A program made the position numbers and the translations under genes. Positions 1-9,772 of a DNA stretch of 64,000 nucleotides are shown here, piece after piece. Position 1 is the stretch's first letter. Each line of letters starts with the position of its first letter. The DNA comes from Bdellovibrionota bacterium (GTDB lineage Bacteria; Bdellovibrionota_C; UBA2361; JBIKUX01), in contig JBIKUX010000007.1 in the NCBI GenBank assembly GCA_044347345.1, forward strand, positions 42,310 to 106,309, read 5' to 3'. Below the pieces are notes generated by a model. It was not told the DNA's origin, searched no databases, and saw only the letters and a program-made list of their open reading frames with translations.

Positions 1-154
1 CGCTCGCTACGATGGCAGGCCGTTCTTCTTTTGGAGCGGCGCGATCTCTTTTGGATCAGTGTAGAACTTAACAATACGCCCTAACGATAAGTAGGGTCTG
101 GTCTCCTGTTTGTTTGTTAGCGCAGGCATAATAACCTGAAACTCTTAGGAGATC

Positions 155-1719
155 ATGACTTCAATTTTCAACAAAATTTGGCATACTTCCCTCTAAGCGA
201 GTTACGGAACGCTTATTCGGTAGGGCTCGATAGAGGAGTTCCCGGTAAGCGTAGGCCACCCATAACCCTTCCTATGGTTTTTAAGCACCAAGAGAATCCT
301 AAACACAGCGATATTTTTTCTATTCTACTATCCACTCCAAGTGAGGTACTCATCCCGGTCGAGGTAGTTGCGAACACAGCGCTCACGTTACTCGCAGCGT
401 GTAAGCCCGCAGAAGGAGAGACGACCGATCCCGTAATTGTGTTAGTAGCAGAGAGCCTTATTGCATCTTCGGCCTCTGCGCGGTGTCCAAAGGGTATCGC
501 TAATGCCCTCGCCTCGGGCATAGTCGACTGCTTAATAAAAGAGCCGCCGACTCAAACTCCGGCTGAGGTTAGTACCATCACCTTTGATCCTGTAGCTACG
601 CGGCTGATGGCGCTGTTTTCCTCCATAAACAATGCTATGGTTTGCGGTGATAGTGGCTATCAAGAGGGGAATATTCATAAACCGGGAACAGTAACAAGTT
701 TTCTAAATATGTCGCCAGCAGTTCTTGCACCGCAAGATGAGGAACTAGCTTAACGTCTTCAGAGGTTCCTGCAATACGCTCGCAACAGCAACACTCAGTT
801 TGCACTAGCTTTAAACTATCCTTCCTCGTGCCCTGATACAAATTATTGCGGGATTGTTGCGACTTTTGAAAATGGGTTGCAAGACTGGTTTATTCATCCA
901 ACGCCAGGGGCGTTTAGGTTTCCGCTGGGTGCTCCCATCGCGTGGAGAGATGATGACTTAACCCAAAAATTGAAAGAACGGACGGGTAGCACAAACCATA
1001 ATGAGGAATATATTCCTAAACGCGAAAGGCAGTTCAACGAAAGGATAGCTGCAGTAGTAGCTCAGGTCTGCTTTCCTGGGGTGGAAAAAGTATTTCTGGC
1101 TGGGCATAACTCATCCGCAGACTATTTTGGGTATGATCTTGTCGTTCAAATTAGAGGCCCTAACGGGGAACTTAAGTTGTACGGCTTTGATATTAAAAGC
1201 TCCGTCGTCGGAGTTAATCGTCGTTTAACAGACTTCATTAAACACCGCCAGAGCTTAAAGCAGAACGTGCAAGAGCTAACCGGGTGGGTAGGAGTGTTTA
1301 ATGATGAATGGAATGAATATATTCTATGGGCTATCAGAGAAGATAATATATGCGAGTTTATACAAAAAAAAGATGATGATGATGAGGGGAAGAACTTAAT
1401 GGAACAAATCTGGTCTATCTGCAACCTTCTCCCCAATGATTTCGCTACCACGGAACACGGCCTTAGATTGGGCCTGCCACTACCAGTAGACCTTGATAAC
1501 CTGGAAAACATTATAAAGGATATGGAGACGGCTTTCGCACTCGAACCTCATCCCGATGCCTTCTATTGTGTACAGGCATTGGCGATTAGTTCGAGGTCTG
1601 GTTTCAGAAAGTCTAGAGAGGATATATTTGAGCTGTTTGAATTGTTGAGCCTCTGTGAAGATATGTCGCACAAACTATTTAATGCAATGTTAGAGTTCGA
1701 GGTGTTTGTTGAAACTTAG
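155..1719 (+). pseudogene. Interrupted ~520-aa orphan gene with a C-terminal PD-(D/E)XK nuclease-like motif
   Basis: AGGAG precedes ATG at 155, which needs +1 nt to enter ORF 178..753. ORFs 178..753 and 877..1719 are in the same frame, separated only by TAA at 751-753 (EELA*RLQRFLQYARN...GLQDWF). The C-terminal part has GYDLVV...YGFDIKSS. Confidence 0.5.
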
Positions 1720-1795
1720 GGCTAAAGCACGCTGACCCGTAAAGTGATGATCTAATTTATTAAATAGCCAGATCACTCTTCCTACCCTCTTACTC

Positions 1796-1907
1796 CTACC
1801 CTCTTACTCTCAGGGATGTAGAGAAACCGAAGCGTACAGCTGTATGGCACACACAACTTCAATAATTATGACCTAAACACCTCTAGGTCTCTGAGAAAAA
1901 GAGACAA
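1796..1907. mobile_element. ~110-bp MITE-like element with IS4/IS50-like terminal inverted repeats (copy 1)
   Basis: Left CTCTTACTCTCAGGGATGTAGAG (1801-1823) and right CTCTAGGTCTCTGAGAAAAAGAG (1881-1903) are imperfect inverted repeats. The tips resemble IS50 ends (CTGACTCTT/CTGTCTCTT). Confidence 0.5.
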
Positions 1908-1911
1908 AAGA

Positions 1912-2085
1912 GAGCTTGCAGCTCCTGGCCTACTCTATGTTTTTGGTGTCCCGCCAGTTCGCGTCGACATACTCAACAATCTAACTGGTGCCCGCTTTGC
2001 AACAGCTTGGAAGAAGCGAGTAACTAAGAACATAGAAGGTGTGAAGGCAAAGATAGTCGGTAAAGGCACGCTTATTAAGTTAAGC
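1912..2085 (+). pseudogene. C-terminal fragment of a DUF6036-type nucleotidyltransferase
   Basis: Translates to ELAAPGLLYVFGVPPVRVDILNNLTGARFATAWKKRVTKNIEGVKAKIVGKGTLIKL, the typical G.PP.R.DI...G..F..AW pattern. There is no start. Confidence 0.6.
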
Positions 2086-2182
2086 GGAACCACTTCGTAG
2101 ACACGTTTGATGAGCCTAGCCCACGAACTGGTGGCCCGCACGCACTAGGCTCATCGGTAGTAGTACTAGCTACCACCACCGC
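2085..2182 (-). mobile_element. IS91-family transposase C-terminal remnant
   Basis: SSWARLIKRVYEVVPL matches the IS91-like SWARLI.RVYEVDPL motif. Confidence 0.65.
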
Positions 2183-2386
2183 TTTTCGTTAGCTTTCATC
2201 TTAGGGCGGTAGTACAAACTAGCGCGACTGATTCCCAGGTTCAGCTGCTGATACTTCCGACACTTTCTGCCCACCACGTATCTTAGCAAGTACCTCCGCC
2301 TTAAGCTCTTTCGATACAACTTTTCCCATAGACACTCCCTTAATAAATTGAGGTTCGGGTGTCTAAAAAATACGGGGGGAACATCA
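2183..2386 (-). mobile_element. Internally deleted IS3-family remnant
   Basis: IS3-like end TGATGTTCCCCCCGTATTTTTTAGACA at 2386-2360. An OrfA-like start MGKVVSKELKAEVLAKIRGG jumps to the OrfB-like LGISRASLYYRPK. Confidence 0.6.
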
Positions 2387-2415
2387 GTTCCGTATGCTGG
2401 CACCCAGGACATCGT

Positions 2416-2750
2416 ATGCCGTCGAATATAGCTCCCGTCTCAAGCAACTCATTCTTGGAGTTGTCGATTCTTGTTCGGTATGGTCTCGCCTGCACCGAAC
2501 TTACCTTCCCGTGATTTTGTTGTTCCCGCGGCTCGCGGTACCGCAGGCGTGCCCCAATTGATACAGTTCTTTACCGACTTGTGTACCACTGTCACGAGCA
2601 ACTTAAATGGTGGTGGGAGGAGCGGTTCCAGCAGCAGTACGGAAGCATTACGCGATGAAGTACGTGAAGCGCTTCATTCATACCTTGACTGCGTAGTGCT
2701 CGAGCATGGTTGCTCAAAGGCAAGGCGCGGTGCACTGCGTGCCAGCCAGC
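2416..2750 (+). repeat. ~335-bp inverted repeat of the IS91 5' region (partner 12693-13044)
   Basis: Near-identical to the reverse complement of 12693-13044. Confidence 0.92.
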
Positions 2751-3150
2751 ATACGGAAACTCCGAGCGTTCTTCCGGTATGATCGCGCCTTGCACTTGCA
2801 TCTCTACGCAAGTGCTTGGGTGAGTGTGCTTTGGCGAATATCAGGGAGAGTCAATGCCCGACGGCATCCCCGGCGCCGGCCGTGGCATGTGCGCTCCTCC
2901 ACACTGCTGGGGAGAGAGCCTATCGCATCATTCTGCATCTCCATGCACTCGTAATCGCCAATCTCCTCGACCGGGAAGTTGCAGACTCAATCCTCGCTCA
3001 AACCCATACTACACCAAACCACGCCAACCGAGCCCCGAACGGAAGATATTCAACGACGTGAGATTCGCGCACTGCCTCCACCGGTAGCCACCAAAAAAGG
3101 CCTTCCACCCACAGAAGTATTTAAGTCGAAACAGAAGCTATTCCAATGAT
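2416..3150 (+). mobile_element. IS91-family (HUH/Y2) transposase pseudogene
   Basis: Frameshifted pieces: DTVLYRLVYHCHEQL.WWWEERFQQQYG, LRDEVREALHSYLDCVVLEHGC, KLRAFFRYDR, LHTAGE...LHLHALV (HUH motif), LLDREVADSILAQ. Confidence 0.75.
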
Positions 3151-3519
3151 TAAGAGCGACTTGACTACAATAAAGCTTGGAGATGGTCTGCCCCGGGAAT
3201 CTAATCCGAGCCTTGTGTGAGGCTCCAAGGACTCCGGATAGTCAATACTCGCTCTAGTTACGAACGAGCATCGGATTGTACTACCATCGGGGAGTTTTCG
3301 GCTTTAGCTATAGGGATGGTTGGAGAGATACACTTAACCCACTGATCTTATCTACTTGTTCCTATATAGTACTTAGTAGTCTAGATCTTCTCTAGTTCTA
3401 ATTTTTACGGAACCGACCTTAATTTAATTATTTTTCCGTTGGCTTTTTGGCTCTTCTGCAGCCTATTCGCGTTCGTTGTCGAAGCGACCCTCTCCGTAAA
3501 CTAATGGGAGTGAAACGGT

Positions 3520-4202
3520 ATGCCCAGCACCAACACAGCTGTAGTAGTCCCCGCAGAGTACTACCCTTTACCTATCCCTGCCAAACGCAAGGTAAATCGG
3601 AAGGCCCGTGCAGCGAGGGCGTTGCCGACGCCAGTAAAACGTAAACAGCTGCGGCCGGCGCATCGAGTTCCTAACTGCACTCATGGGCAGAAAATTGATA
3701 TTAGTGCGGTATTCCCCTGTTCATCCTTCTATCTCCTCCAAAAGCGTCTATTACCGACTCTTCTTTCGATTGCAGCCGGTATTTTTTGTTTAATAGTCCC
3801 TCCCTTCCGCACCTAATGAGTGCTATCTCCAGTGAGTCAGGCTTCTGGGGCGCAACAACAGCACTACGGTGCGTTGCTCTATTTCCAGTTCTCTACTTCC
3901 TGTACTGGAAAACTTTCCTCCAGACCCACCATGTATATGTAGACGGGTTTAGGCTAGTACGCGTGTGTGGTGTGCTCAACCGCGCAGTGGACTCCCGAAT
4001 TATATCGGTAGTGGGCGCCATTGCCCTAGAACAAACCCCACTCCAATACCTTTTCGGCTTCTACGACCTTAAATTCTTCCGAGCCCCCGGCAACACCCCA
4101 ACCAAATTTATCTCCATCCCCTGCCTGCGAGAGCAAGATGCACTTGAGCTGCAGCAGTATCTTTGCGATCAGATGAGTCGACGGGCTATGGCGGTGGCTT
4201 GA
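3520..4202 (+). CDS. Membrane protein with a bacterial PH domain (YdbS/bPH_2-like), frameshifted at T6 3782-3787
   Basis: ORFs 3520..3816 and 3786..4202 fuse with one added T. Two TM segments are followed by GVLNR...I..EQTPLQYLFGFYDL...IPCL. Confidence 0.65.
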
Positions 4203-4261
4203 GGGGGGGGGGGGGGGGTGAGCTTGTCCGCTACTGCCTCGCCTTGGATTTATAAATCCAC

Positions 4262-4570
4262 TCAGAAAACACCACCATTGCCGAAGTAGTCGTGGGCCTC
4301 CCCGGACTCCCGATCCTCGGCATAATAGAAGACGTATTTCTGATAATCACTCCAACTTTTTTCCCTCCTAATACTCTCTAGTTGAGGGGGTAATGTCGGC
4401 ACTCCAAAATGTCCTTCAAGCTCGAAAAACTTTGAGAATAAAGGCTCGCAAAATTCCAAGTACAATCTGTACAACGGAGTCTTATAAGAGTGAATCAGGG
4501 CGCAGCCGCGTCCATACGCGTGGGCGGCCACCATATCGTAATACCCCCGTCTCGGAGCGACCCTTATCAC
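4262..4570 (-). CDS. Hypothetical protein, probably a 3' fragment
   Basis: 102-aa ORF with protein-like composition; the upstream frame is broken. Confidence 0.3.
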   Translation of the reverse strand: MIRVAPRRGYYDMVAAHAYGRGCALIHSYKTPLYRLYLEFCEPLFSKFFELEGHFGVPTLPPQLESIRREKSWSDYQKYVFYYAEDRESGEAHDYFGNGGVF

Positions 4571-4790
4571 CGCGCAACCCTGATAGCCAATGAGGGCAAA
4601 ATACTGGGGTATTTAGAAAAATCTACCCCTTCTGTCTCGATTTTCTCCCGCTCTATAAGCAGCACCACAAGATACTAGCGTACCTATCAATTACCTCGTT
4701 TTCTAGGGCTCTTTATTTGCCTAAACTTCACGGGCTCCTAGCGCTTTTAGCCCAAGGCCATATACCGCCCCTTGAATTACCGAGGCAGAA

Positions 4791-5768
4791 TCAAAGAGAA
4801 GAAATTCTTCGAGCAGTGTAGCCCACTGGTTCATACTGTTGACCCTTCCTCAAAGCCTCAACAATACCTAGAATATCGCGACTATCACTAACAATCCCTA
4901 CAATTCTACCTAAAGGCGGCTCATCATCGGTACGGCCCTTCTCAATCTTCTCTCTAACCTCTGTCCAAAGGATATCTATTTCCGCAATTGATGGCGTCTT
5001 TCCATAGGCTCCGAGGAAAACAACCACGTCGAGGCCAGCCCTGAGCCCGGCAGCTATACCGCTTGGTGAATCCTCGACCGCAATACCTTGCTTACCACTG
5101 AGCCTTGCCACGTCAGCAGCTTTCACTGCTTGTAGATAAACATCGGGATATGGCTTACGTCGACCACCTCCAGCCATGAAGTCAACGTTTTGGGCGCTAA
5201 AAATTTTATTTTTTGGGAAGTACTTCGTCATTCTTGTTGATTGAAGAATTGCAGTGAGCCGCTGATCAGCGCTACTCGACACGAGATAAGGGACAATACC
5301 GAGGTTGGTCAACTGCGACATAAGCTCCCGAGTTCCAGAAGTCAGCTCAAGGGGAGGGTTTCCTCGCAAAAAGTCCTCGGTAATTCTCTCCATCTCGAGA
5401 TCAGCCCAACGATCAACAAAATCCTCTATGCCCTCTTGGAAAGGGTTCCCATTTGTAATCTTCACTTTGAGCATGTCGCGAAACGCTCCACCCGTATGGC
5501 CTGCTATGAATTGGTCCACACTCTCAGTGAATTCAACAGCGGTTCCTTTCTTGATATTCCAGGCTCCTATGGCTTCTCTTAGGACATCATAACAAACAGT
5601 TAGAGCGCGACGCTCGGTCTCTGCTAAGGTATCATCACAATCAAGATAAAGAATCGGCACCTCTTTTGCCTCAAAACATAGAGGCAAAAGAATCTCGTTA
5701 CCTGATCGATCCAACAAACCCTGTGCTGGCTCCCTACTCGCACTAACAGCGGCACCACTTGTAAACAT
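4791..5768 (-). CDS. HAD-family (subfamily IA) phosphatase
   Basis: Motif I DCDDTL, motif II VSSS, KPYPDVY, motif IV VEDSPSG; GAGGAG RBS upstream. Confidence 0.9.
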   Translation of the reverse strand: MFTSGAAVSASREPAQGLLDRSGNEILLPLCFEAKEVPILYLDCDDTLAETERRALTVCYDVLREAIGAWNIKKGTAVEFTESVDQFIAGHTGGAFRDMLKVKITNGNPFQEGIEDFVDRWADLEMERITEDFLRGNPPLELTSGTRELMSQLTNLGIVPYLVSSSADQRLTAILQSTRMTKYFPKNKIFSAQNVDFMAGGGRRKPYPDVYLQAVKAADVARLSGKQGIAVEDSPSGIAAGLRAGLDVVVFLGAYGKTPSIAEIDILWTEVREKIEKGRTDDEPPLGRIVGIVSDSRDILGIVEALRKGQQYEPVGYTARRISSL

Positions 5769-5792
5769 GAAAACTCCTCAAAAATGAATAAA

Positions 5793-7292
5793 TTATATTT
5801 GGCTTAGAAACATATCAAGCGCCACACCAGCCCCTTTATCTCGGATCACTTGGGCCCACTTTGAGGCTGAACTTCGGAAATTTTGTTCGTTCACTAGAGC
5901 CCCAAAGATATCTTCTTGGTCAAGAAACCTTTCAATACCGCCTATTGCGGCGCTACGCAATTGCTCCGTCATGGGATCATCAATATGAGAGCTACCTCCA
6001 TTTGCATCATCAACAATGAGAAAGTTCCACCAACTTGCTACGACAAGCGCCGCCACCGGACACTGCCTTTTTTCATAGATCGCATCGACCACCACCGGAA
6101 GAATAAAGCGAGGTATTTTCGCCGAGCCATCCTTACAGATTCGTAGTACGTGATCCTTAATCGCTGGATTTCGAAACCTCTCAATTAACGTCTCACAATA
6201 CTCACCAACATCTATACCAGGAACAGGGTCAAGGGTTGGAAGAGCCTCATGCGTCATGTAGTGCGCCAGCAAACGACGGAATCTCTCATCCTGCGCAACT
6301 TGAAAGATGTATTCAAAGTTAAGGAGATACCCCAGATATCCCATTGCAGAATGGGAAGCATTGAGAAGACGTAATTTCATCTTCTCAAAGGGCGCGACAT
6401 CGTCAGTAAATTGCACGCCGACCTTCTCCAAATCTGGCCGCCCGAGAGAGAAGGAATCTTCAATAACCCACTGACAAAACGGTTCTGCTACGACAGGACA
6501 ATGGTCTATCACACCGTAACAGGACTCCAAATGAGCCTTATCATCATCAGTCGTAGCTGGAGTTATTCGATCCACCATCGAGCTAGGAAAGGCACCACGC
6601 AAAGATAACCACTCACCGAGGGAGGGATCCAATAATTCACAGAAAGAAAGCATAGCACGCCGGCAGACACGCCCGTTTTCCTGAAGGTTGTCGCAAGACA
6701 GAATCGTAAAAGGTTCAATCCCTCTTTCCTTTCGGTGCATCAAGCCTGCGGCAAGATAACCGAAAACAGAACGAGGCGACTCCGGATTATCGATATCATG
6801 CTGAATATCAATATCGTCTCTCAGAAATTCACCCGTGCCAAGGTTCATTTTGTAACCGCCTTCTGTAATTGTAAGGGTGACAAGTTTGGTAACAGGCGAG
6901 GCGAGGCGCTCGATAAACTCCTTTTGAGCATCAGGAGCCACAACCATCCCAACATGAGAACCAATTACTCTTAGCTTATCTCCGGATTCACCTTTTTCTA
7001 AAAGACAGTACAAATAGTCTTGACTAGCCATCGCCTTCTGCATAATCCGGTCATGGGTGAGAACACCTGCACCGAAAATACCCCAATTCAGATCCGCAGT
7101 CTCACGGAAATAACGGTCAAAATAGTACGCTTGGTGCGAGCGATGAAAAGCGCCAACGCCTATGTGAACAACACTAGGAATAAGAGCCTCTCTATTGTAG
7201 AGAGGCACGTCAGCCGCGTGAGCTAACTCCCCCAAAGAGGAGCTACAAACAGTTAAGAGAGGTAATACAGATGCAGTCTGTGAATCGCTCAT
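5793..7292 (-). CDS. Mannitol 2-dehydrogenase (long-chain polyol dehydrogenase family)
   Basis: VHIGVGAFHRSHQA, TLTITEGGY, ILSCDNL, SMVDRITP, EPFCQWVIED, catalytic KLRLLNASH. Probable ATG at 7292. Confidence 0.92.
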   Translation of the reverse strand: MSDSQTASVLPLLTVCSSSLGELAHAADVPLYNREALIPSVVHIGVGAFHRSHQAYYFDRYFRETADLNWGIFGAGVLTHDRIMQKAMASQDYLYCLLEKGESGDKLRVIGSHVGMVVAPDAQKEFIERLASPVTKLVTLTITEGGYKMNLGTGEFLRDDIDIQHDIDNPESPRSVFGYLAAGLMHRKERGIEPFTILSCDNLQENGRVCRRAMLSFCELLDPSLGEWLSLRGAFPSSMVDRITPATTDDDKAHLESCYGVIDHCPVVAEPFCQWVIEDSFSLGRPDLEKVGVQFTDDVAPFEKMKLRLLNASHSAMGYLGYLLNFEYIFQVAQDERFRRLLAHYMTHEALPTLDPVPGIDVGEYCETLIERFRNPAIKDHVLRICKDGSAKIPRFILPVVVDAIYEKRQCPVAALVVASWWNFLIVDDANGGSSHIDDPMTEQLRSAAIGGIERFLDQEDIFGALVNEQNFRSSASKWAQVIRDKGAGVALDMFLSQI

Positions 7293-7564
7293 GGGGCTCC
7301 GAGTCTTATACGTCAGATTGTGAAATATCAAACACCGTATAAATACTTGATCCGCGGCCAAAAATCAATGACAAACCGTCTGTCTAAACCAATTAGCCTG
7401 ACCACCTAGGGCCAGTGCACGCAATTCACGCCCCCTGTGGCAGTACGCCTTACTTCTCAAAAAAAAGTTCGGTCACATCCGTCATACTTCCACAGAAACA
7501 AGCCACGCACTAAAAGGTTCGCAGAGGGCCTCTCCAAGAATCAACCTCTGCCAAAGCGGCTCTC

Positions 7565-9418
7565 TCAGTTCGCAAAATAATCGGTTGGGCACTTCAAAGG
7601 ATTTACGATGGACCGACTAACCTCAAGGACCCTCTGGGAAGCCTGACCGTTAGGCTGTGCTCGAAGCGCAATAAAGTACTCAGTCAAACGTTGACGAAAG
7701 GAAGGAAGCTCTGACACCAGAATCTCACGCCCATCAGACGATGCGAAGCCCGTCCCAAATAGCCACGATTCCTGGTCAAGGAGCGCCTCAATACCAGCAG
7801 TCTCTTGAGCGTCCAAGAGCATCGTCCGAGAATCAGCTAAACCTGCATTACCCGACTGAAAAACCTCTACCGCGGCTAAACTACTGGCTCTCGCATAGGT
7901 AGCGGCAATCTGGGCAACCTTTTCGGGAGAGTCATCTTGAAGCTGCACGGCAGCGCCAGTCTCGTCCATTTGGTCAAGCAGAGTGCGGAGATAGCACGCG
8001 TAGGTGAGGGTAAGGGCCTTAGCAGATTCAGTATCATCAGAAAGCGCTGCGATAGCAGCGCCAATACGATTGGGCATCTTGGAGGTACCCTTATTATTGA
8101 GACGATTCAATGTGTTTACTCCGCTTATAAAAGCATTTCTTCGCCGCGCTTGCACCTCTTCAATGAAACAATGAATTTCCGGCCTTTTAAGACCGCCCAC
8201 ACCTCGACCTAACTCTGTGGTCAAAACAGCCTCCTCGAGAGCCTGAAACGACGGGAACGACAAGAACTCACCGAGAGTTGAAAAACCAGCTCGAGTACCA
8301 AGCTGACCAGCTATTACGTCCAGCGAGTTTATAAGACGGCTCTTCATGTGCACGTGGGCAGCAACACTAGGTACTTGACTTACGCCAGAAACCAGCGAAA
8401 AGTCCGGGATAACAACTTGTCCCTCATTGAGATATCCTGCTGGATCTTCCACCTCATACTTTAAGCATCGATGCCTTTCGGTAACGACTGCTATCCCGTC
8501 GCTAATGCCAGACGGATGGTACATCCATGACTTATCAACGGTATCTTGCTGGGGCGTAATTCGATCGACGACTGTAGACAGGACAGGCAATTTTTTCCAT
8601 ATAAAATCAGCAAATCCTTTAAGCTGTCCTTCTGTTATCTGCTCCTCAAGCTGAGCTGCCATGTTACTCAAGGCCACGCGTAAAATATCACCATTAAGCC
8701 AAGGAGGAGTATTGTCCAAGGACATAACAACGAGAGGAGGTCTATTCTGCACAAATCTCTGAGCCAACTCTTCGACCACGGGAGCAAGGGCAGTCCGATA
8801 TCCTGCCCCATTTCCAATCCTCTCAAAACCAACGCGACCAACTCGCTCAACAAGGGTGGCAACGTCTTCCCTAATCTCGTCACAGGTCCGGAGCCTTCCC
8901 TCCCGAGGATCCCCATCGACAAAATAGGCCCCTTGAGTCACCGTAAAAGTCGCCATATCAGCAGACTCAAGGTAGTTAGCGAGTATCTGCGGATCAGTAG
9001 GACCGTGAACCGAAGCTACCACCGACCCAACCAAGGATACCTCGCGGCTATCATTTTCGACAGCGCCCACGGTGTAGAGGTGATTCTGCTTTCGAAGTTG
9101 CTGAACTTTTTCCGGCGAGCGCATGCTTACCGCCACTATCCCCCAAGACGGCTCTTGAAGCCATCTAGCCTGTGCACAATTTAAGTCTTCAATTATGGTG
9201 CCTAAATGAGCCGCAAAAAAATTACTAATGCCAAAATGGACGATGCGAGGATTAAGCTGAGCACGCGAGTACGGCAGATACGATTCGGGGTCAACTCTGT
9301 CAGAGCTGATGTGATTAGAATCACCAATGCCCCCACTAGCTCCCACAGCTAATTGGTTATACCCACCTAGGTCTAAAATATAAGATGTGACTGGTTCATG
9401 GCTGGATTGATTGAACAC
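7565..9418 (-). CDS. Divergent mannitol dehydrogenase-family protein (617 aa)
   Basis: IVHFGISNFFAAH, WGIVAVSMRS, TFTVTQGAY, VMSLDN, TVVDRITP, KSRLINSLD. Confidence 0.8.
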   Translation of the reverse strand: MFNQSSHEPVTSYILDLGGYNQLAVGASGGIGDSNHISSDRVDPESYLPYSRAQLNPRIVHFGISNFFAAHLGTIIEDLNCAQARWLQEPSWGIVAVSMRSPEKVQQLRKQNHLYTVGAVENDSREVSLVGSVVASVHGPTDPQILANYLESADMATFTVTQGAYFVDGDPREGRLRTCDEIREDVATLVERVGRVGFERIGNGAGYRTALAPVVEELAQRFVQNRPPLVVMSLDNTPPWLNGDILRVALSNMAAQLEEQITEGQLKGFADFIWKKLPVLSTVVDRITPQQDTVDKSWMYHPSGISDGIAVVTERHRCLKYEVEDPAGYLNEGQVVIPDFSLVSGVSQVPSVAAHVHMKSRLINSLDVIAGQLGTRAGFSTLGEFLSFPSFQALEEAVLTTELGRGVGGLKRPEIHCFIEEVQARRRNAFISGVNTLNRLNNKGTSKMPNRIGAAIAALSDDTESAKALTLTYACYLRTLLDQMDETGAAVQLQDDSPEKVAQIAATYARASSLAAVEVFQSGNAGLADSRTMLLDAQETAGIEALLDQESWLFGTGFASSDGREILVSELPSFRQRLTEYFIALRAQPNGQASQRVLEVSRSIVNPLKCPTDYFAN

Positions 9419-9772
9419 TATCCCTCATGCGGACTTCAACTACGACAGAGCCAAGCAATGCACAAGAAAAGTGGCTAGCGAGGCTGTGAACTGAGAGCGA
9501 AAAACGGGAAGTGCTAACGCTTAGGTAATACACTGTAAAAATTACCTAACTAACCTGATTATTATGTGTGTAGGCGACAGAATTGTAAAGGCCTTAGAGT
9601 GCATTTTCTGTTTTTCTACCAGCGGTAGATAAATCGAACTTCTTAGGAAGTTAATCTAGAAGCGACTGGCCGAACACCCCCTATCGCTTCAACCAGCGGT
9701 TATTGACAGACTACGGGTGAAGTTTTTACCATACTTCGCTTAAGAACCCCATTCCTCTAAAAAGGCCAAGTT

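Larger units (their letters stand above)
1800..2182 (+). repeat. 383-bp direct repeat, copy 1 (copy 2 at 17504-17886)
   Basis: Ungapped alignment at offset 15704 with about 6 mismatches counted by eye. Confidence 0.95.

Noticed and set aside
3186-3245. Possible mini IS3/IS51 end pair (TGGTCTGCCCCGGG...CTCCGGATAGTCA)
   Set aside because: The inverted match is too weak and single-copy.
9703-9735. Sigma-70 promoter TTGACA...CATACT for the fructokinase
   Set aside because: The 21-nt spacer is too long to call.
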